Shown here one piece after another: positions 59,695 to 64,000 of a DNA stretch of 64,000 bases. Location: NCBI GenBank assembly GCA_963793865.1, contig CAWCBP010000001.1:256001-320000 (forward strand), given 5' to 3'. Made by a program: the position numbers and the translations under genes. The notes under the pieces were generated by a model. It saw nothing but the letters and a program-made list of their open reading frames with translations, had not been told where the DNA came from and made no database searches. This stretch comes from an uncultured delta proteobacterium. GTDB lineage: Bacteria; Desulfobacterota; WTBG01. How positions within the stretch are numbered: the stretch's first letter is position 1; every line of letters starts with the position of its first letter.

Positions 59695-60915
59695 TTATAC
59701 CTCCTGCATAATAGTAAAGGTATCGATCTTCGATGCCAGATATGCAGGCAGCAAAGAGCCTAAAATGGCAATTACTGTTGACAGCACAATTGACCACAGC
59801 AAGAGCACCGGGACAGGCCGCACCATAATACCTGCCAGCTGTGGCCCCAGCAACACTCCGGCTATGGTTCCTATCGCATAACCAAGTACACCACCTACCA
59901 GTCCCAGAATAGTAGCTTTTAAGAGAAACATTGTGTACACGCTTGACTGGGGGGCGCCAATCATAAGGAGAATGCCAATTTCCTTTTTTCTTTCATTCAC
60001 GTTAGCCCACATGAAGTTGCCAATGGAAATACCCCCCACAAAAAGAATGATAATGAGGAAGATAAGCGAAACCTTATTCATCATTCGATTGGTCTCAATT
60101 TGCGTGGAAACGATTTGACCAATGGTTGTAATACGGGTATCGGGAAGAATATTCCTGAGCTTACCCAATAATCCATCAGAGATTGCGTTGCAGCACCCCA
60201 TTATTTCAATTGCGCTAATTTGATGCCCAATCCCAAGAAGGTCCTGGACTGTATGCAGGTGCGCAAAAATACGATCATCGTCTATTATGCCGGTTTCCGG
60301 AAGCATTCTGGCAACCTTAAAACTCCTGCCTGCAATTTTTACTGTGCTTCCTTCTGAAAGCCCTAAGCGTTTAGCTGCCGCAAAACCCACAAGACAATCA
60401 TCCAATCCCAGGGAATCAACAGGTTTCCTTTGCAGCCGTTCATTCTCAAATCCCCTAGATTGATTAACGGGATTCGTCAGAGCGCAGGTCGCTTGCAGTT
60501 CACTACCAATCAGTCCCGCAGTTTGCCACATTGGTTTTGAGGTTATTTCACTGGCGGGAAGGATTCCTGTCAGGACGATATTGTGCTCTCCAATGGTTAC
60601 CCGTCTGGTCACCTTGGGGGAGAGGTTATCGACTCCCGGCAATGCAGATGCTACTATGCGCTCCACATAATCCTCGGGAAATGTTGGTGCATCTATGTCT
60701 GCTGTATAGTAGTCATCGACGCTTGCACCCTGGGGAAGCACTAAAATATTAGCGCCTAAATTGTCAAGATGAACCGCCACTGCCTTCTCCGAAACCACCG
60801 CCACAGAACGGATTCCCACAATGACCCCGATACCGAGTGTAATGGCCAAAAGCCCGGAAATTAACTGTGACTTTCGGTGCCAAAGCTCCTGCCATACTAA
60901 ACTGTATAAGTTCAT
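59695..60915 (-). CDS. ABC permease, MacB/FtsX type
   Basis: TM1 + large periplasmic domain + 3 TM; NVNERKKEIG; periplasmic MGCC motif. Confidence 0.88.
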   Translation of the reverse strand: MNLYSLVWQELWHRKSQLISGLLAITLGIGVIVGIRSVAVVSEKAVAVHLDNLGANILVLPQGASVDDYYTADIDAPTFPEDYVERIVASALPGVDNLSPKVTRRVTIGEHNIVLTGILPASEITSKPMWQTAGLIGSELQATCALTNPVNQSRGFENERLQRKPVDSLGLDDCLVGFAAAKRLGLSEGSTVKIAGRSFKVARMLPETGIIDDDRIFAHLHTVQDLLGIGHQISAIEIMGCCNAISDGLLGKLRNILPDTRITTIGQIVSTQIETNRMMNKVSLIFLIIILFVGGISIGNFMWANVNERKKEIGILLMIGAPQSSVYTMFLLKATILGLVGGVLGYAIGTIAGVLLGPQLAGIMVRPVPVLLLWSIVLSTVIAILGSLLPAYLASKIDTFTIMQEV

Positions 60916-60917
60916 AG

Positions 60918-61676
60918 CTATTGTCCTTTCTGATTGCTTGATCCACACCCTTTTTTGCTACCACCAGGGCAGCACCCGCCTGCCTTTTTCGTTGCGGCCT
61001 GCACCAATTGTGCAACCTCCACTGGACCGCTAAAATTTCCCGTAACCTGTCCCTGAGGATTAAGAACAAAAGTGGCGGGCTCCGTGGAACTCATGTTAGC
61101 CCGCAATTGTTGCAGAAATGAACTTTCTTTTGTGTCGTCCATATCAATTGCTACAGAAATTGCCTTATCCTTCATCTCTTTGGAAGCGTTTTTGCAGGTT
61201 TCCAATACTTTCAAACGATCCCCCATGGACTTGCGGCTTGCAATAACAAAAACAGCTTTCCCTCCAGTCAAAGCCTTGACAACCTCTGCCTTGCCGGGAG
61301 ATGGAATCAGTTTAACCAGCATATCCGGTTGCGCCTGTTCGGCCGGCACCCCTCCGGCAACCACACCATTGGACGCTATCAAAAGAATCAAAGGCACCGG
61401 GGCCCCTGCCAGTCGATATTGTGCAACAAGCTGGCTGTTAACCGTATCAGCCCTGTTCATCTCAATCACGGTTGATTCTGGGGCCAATTTTTGCGCTCCT
61501 CTGGCAATCTCCAGAGCCTGCCCGGCCTCCTTTACTCCCGGGTCGGTGACTACCAGAAAGACTGCTTTACCGGTTTTATTTGCCTGTTCAATATCTGTTT
61601 GCACTGAAGCCCAAATCGTACCGCAGGAACATACTACAAGACTTCCGATCAATAGATAGTTAAACGCCTTTTTCAT
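60918..61676 (-). CDS. Exported protein with two thioredoxin-like repeats and a Cys/Gly-rich tail
   Basis: Signal peptide; GKAVF(L/V) repeated; C-terminus GGCCPGGSKKGCG. Confidence 0.7.
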   Translation of the reverse strand: MKKAFNYLLIGSLVVCSCGTIWASVQTDIEQANKTGKAVFLVVTDPGVKEAGQALEIARGAQKLAPESTVIEMNRADTVNSQLVAQYRLAGAPVPLILLIASNGVVAGGVPAEQAQPDMLVKLIPSPGKAEVVKALTGGKAVFVIASRKSMGDRLKVLETCKNASKEMKDKAISVAIDMDDTKESSFLQQLRANMSSTEPATFVLNPQGQVTGNFSGPVEVAQLVQAATKKAGGCCPGGSKKGCGSSNQKGQ

Positions 61677-61714
61677 GTTTCATCTCCTTTTTAATCTATA
61701 ATCTCTCGATTTTA

Positions 61715-62098
61715 TTAATCTATCTTGTAACACTCCTCACCTTTCATTCCTTCAACGCATTTCCCATCAGCCCTAAGCGCTAATCTTTTCTTTAATCTTT
61801 TACTGTCCTCATTTAAATGGTCTTCTCGAACGGTCAAAAGTGCCTCAAGAATGAGTTTCTGAAATTGATTAATAGGTTTTATTAAAGAATAATAAACCCA
61901 CCTCCCATCCTTTTCCTCATGGAGAAGCCCCATATTCTTAAGAATCCTAAGATGTCGTGAAACGTTGTATTGGTTTTGATTTAAAGAATCCATGATTTCA
62001 CAGACGCAGAGTTTGATATTGGCTTTCTTCAATAAACAGATTATTCTCAGGCGAGTTTTATCAGATAATGCTTTGAAAATATTGATATATTCTTCCAT
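61715..62098 (-). CDS. arsR: ArsR/SmtB repressor
   Basis: FKALSD.TRL, LCVCEI, VSRHL, GRWVYY. Confidence 0.88.
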   Translation of the reverse strand: MEEYINIFKALSDKTRLRIICLLKKANIKLCVCEIMDSLNQNQYNVSRHLRILKNMGLLHEEKDGRWVYYSLIKPINQFQKLILEALLTVREDHLNEDSKRLKKRLALRADGKCVEGMKGEECYKID

Positions 62099-62543
62099 TT
62101 TACCCTCCCCATAATATGCATACATGCACTTATTAGCATTTGTTAAATATCAAAAAAATAGTGCCCCGTCAAGCACCAAATTACTGCATATAAACGGCAG
62201 TAGATGTGTGGAGATCTAATTCAATATGAACATTTTATCATTAAGCAAGTTTGCTGTTTCAGAAATCTTCCCCGCAATTTTTGCTTATTCATCGTCATCT
62301 GTCATGACAAATGACGAAAGACATGTCAATATGTTTAAGAGCAATGGCATTTTGTTCTTCTGCAATATAATATCTACATCACTGTCCTGATGAAAAAACT
62401 GTTCAAAATTCCTCTTGCAAGTGCATTTTGTTGTCATATAATGGTTGTGCAATCCATATCGCATTAACTTGCGACAGCAGCGATGCTGGCGAAGGATGAT
62501 ACCTGTTCATTTCATCAAGAAAACATTAGAGCGGAGGTGCGAC

Positions 62544-63017
62544 ATGGTTACGCTTGAACAGTTGAAAGACAACGAGCTTTTTCAGGAGCTTTCCGAGGCC
62601 GACCTTAACGAGGTTCTGCCCTTCTGCACAGAGAAGACCTTTGATGCGGGGACAACTGTCTGCACCTATGGAGCAAAGGGGAAGGAGTTCTATCTCCTGC
62701 TGGAGGGCGATGTCAGCCTCCAGGTCCCGTCAGAAAAGGAATTCGGCATCCTGGTCGTCTTTGTCAGGCCGGGCAGCGCCTTCGGTTTCTCCGGCCTCAT
62801 ATTTCCATACACATACACCTCGACGGCGAAATGCAACACCAAATCGAAAGTGATCGCCATTGAATGCCCTCCCTTCCGGGATTTTATCGCCAACAAAAAC
62901 AACCACATCGGTTTCCTGTTTGTGAGGAATCTGGCCCGTGTGCTGATGAAGCGGCTTGATACCGCCAGAAAGAATTTGAGCTACCTGGTATCGCAGGTTC
63001 CCATTGATATGTCGTGA
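62544..63017 (+). CDS. Cyclic nucleotide-binding domain protein
   Basis: LFQELS, FYLLLEG.V, PGSAFG.S.L, YTSTA; GGAGGT SD. Confidence 0.8.
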   Translation: MVTLEQLKDNELFQELSEADLNEVLPFCTEKTFDAGTTVCTYGAKGKEFYLLLEGDVSLQVPSEKEFGILVVFVRPGSAFGFSGLIFPYTYTSTAKCNTKSKVIAIECPPFRDFIANKNNHIGFLFVRNLARVLMKRLDTARKNLSYLVSQVPIDMS

Positions 63018-63049
63018 TGGCCTTACTAAAAAGACCTTATTTTCGAATC

Positions 63050-63138
63050 AGACCCCCATGCCCCTTCGGGGCACCACCATGCATGAAAATTGTTAATTTC
63101 CCTCGCCCCACCGGGGGAGAGGGTTAGGGTGAGGGGGG
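63050..63138. repeat. Palindromic repeats (gccccttcggggcacc and the gggagagggttagggtgagggg family)
   Basis: Matches copies at 31.6-31.85 kb and 42.75 kb. Confidence 0.65.
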
Positions 63139-63165
63139 TATGCAAAATCTATTTTCGTGTTAAAC

Positions 63166-63202
63166 AAAAAGGGCAGCGGATTACAACCCGCTGCCCTTTT
63201 TT
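63166..63202. terminator. Bidirectional intrinsic terminator
   Basis: aaaaagggcagcgg-attacaac-ccgctgccctttttt. Confidence 0.85.
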
Positions 63203-63211
63203 CATGGCGTG

Positions 63212-63289
63212 TGGTCGGGACGGCCGGATTCGAACCGGCGACCACCTGAACCCCATTCAGGTACGCTAACCAGACTGCGCTACGTCCCG
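63212..63289 (-). tRNA. tRNA-Pro (GGG)
   Basis: CGGGACGTAGCGCAGTCTGGTTAGCG..CCTGA-ATGGGGT-TCAGG..GGTTCGAATCC..CCCGACCA; TTGACA-17bp-TAGAAA upstream. Confidence 0.95.
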
Positions 63290-63513
63290 ATGCCTTATTT
63301 TCTATTACTTTTTAAGATTTATGTCAAGCAGTCATTCATGGGTATTTGTCTTGCGCCTTTTTTTGTTGGTATCATCACGATCGGTGTTTTGAGTTGTCTG
63401 GGTGTCGTGAAAATGGTATGAAAGCTCTGTGTAAACTTCCACCGGCAGGGGGCTGCTGTCGTAAGCCAGGCAACAGAAGGAGATGGAGAGGGTAATGAAG
63501 AAGTCAAAAAAAA

Positions 63514-64000
63514 ATGATAGACGGCGTTCTGAGGATGCCCAGGATGCAAAGCAAACGCTTCAAAAGAAGCGACCCGCGGGTGCCCGAACAGTTGCTGCTT
63601 GTTCTGATTACACTTGCGTGCCTGCTCCCATTTCTTAACAAGGGATATAATGTTGATGATCCCCTGTTCATCTGGACGGCAAAACAGATTTGCAACCATC
63701 CCCTTGACTTTTACGGGTTTACGGTAAACTGGTATGGCACTGTATCGCCAATGGCTGAGGTCACTAAAAATCCCCCCGGGGTGTGCTACTATCTGGCCTT
63801 GGCTGGAGCACTGTTCGGATGGAGCGAGTATGCACTGCACGGTGCCATGCTCATTCCCTCTGTGGTCGCTGTACTGGGGATGTTTTATCTGGCGCAGTTG
63901 CTTTGTTCTAAACCCTTCCTGGCTGCATTGGCAGGGATAGTAACGCCGGTATTTCTCGTTTCTGCCACCAACGTGATGTGCGACATCACCATGCTGGGGC
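63514..64000 (+). CDS. ArnT/PMT-like (GT-C) membrane glycosyltransferase, 3' end outside the window
   Basis: Own translation: ..PFLNKGYNVDDPLFIWTAKQI..NPPG..YYLAL..FGWSE; missing from the ORF track because no stop lies in the window. Confidence 0.7.
   Translation, partial: MIDGVLRMPRMQSKRFKRSDPRVPEQLLLVLITLACLLPFLNKGYNVDDPLFIWTAKQICNHPLDFYGFTVNWYGTVSPMAEVTKNPPGVCYYLALAGALFGWSEYALHGAMLIPSVVAVLGMFYLAQLLCSKPFLAALAGIVTPVFLVSATNVMCDITMLG

Noticed and set aside
63212..63240. att-site duplication of the tRNA-Pro 3' end bounding the arsenic island
   Set aside because: I found no convincing second copy by eye and no integrase in the window
63209..63421. 70 aa ORF
   Set aside because: Antisense reading of tRNA-Pro

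Overview
Chromosomal window from a probable anaerobic deltaproteobacterium (Desulfobacterota/Syntrophales-like; inferred from gene content and intergenic repeat families). Five zones: (1) 1-5 kb: secreted/lipoprotein genes and a B12-binding radical SAM; (2) 5.4-10.3 kb: iorAB-paaK-ACT-paaI arylpyruvate/arylacetate cluster; (3) 10.6-36 kb: a GC-rich, all-plus-strand catabolic cluster with an acetophenone-carboxylase-like enzyme, CoA ligase, ADH, DUF35/thiolase, a YCF48-RND-DUF1302-DUF1329 uptake module, SDRs, a hydrolase, a VOC protein and an E1alpha/beta pair with no E2/E3; (4) 36-44 kb: mscS-like, DUF1846, rlmD, divergent aroC; (5) 44-62 kb: a more AT-rich arsenic/redox island, followed by tRNA-Pro(GGG). 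The island holds the most novel signals. First, an unannotated exported selenoprotein candidate (in-frame UGA plus SECIS-like hairpin at 58849-58886) ends an ArsR-led MacB-type ABC operon whose other members also carry Cys-pair motifs. Second, a GcvH/LipA/OsmC/2xDGC/2xArsD-like/radical SAM module is appended to the arsR-arsP-acr3-arsM-arsC-arsEFG run. Third, an inverted copy of the arsR promoter/operator/5' end brackets that 12.7 kb block. Six apparent small frameshifts in five otherwise intact genes suggest assembly indel errors, so all recoding claims need read-level checks. Family calls come from motif recognition only; no searches were run.
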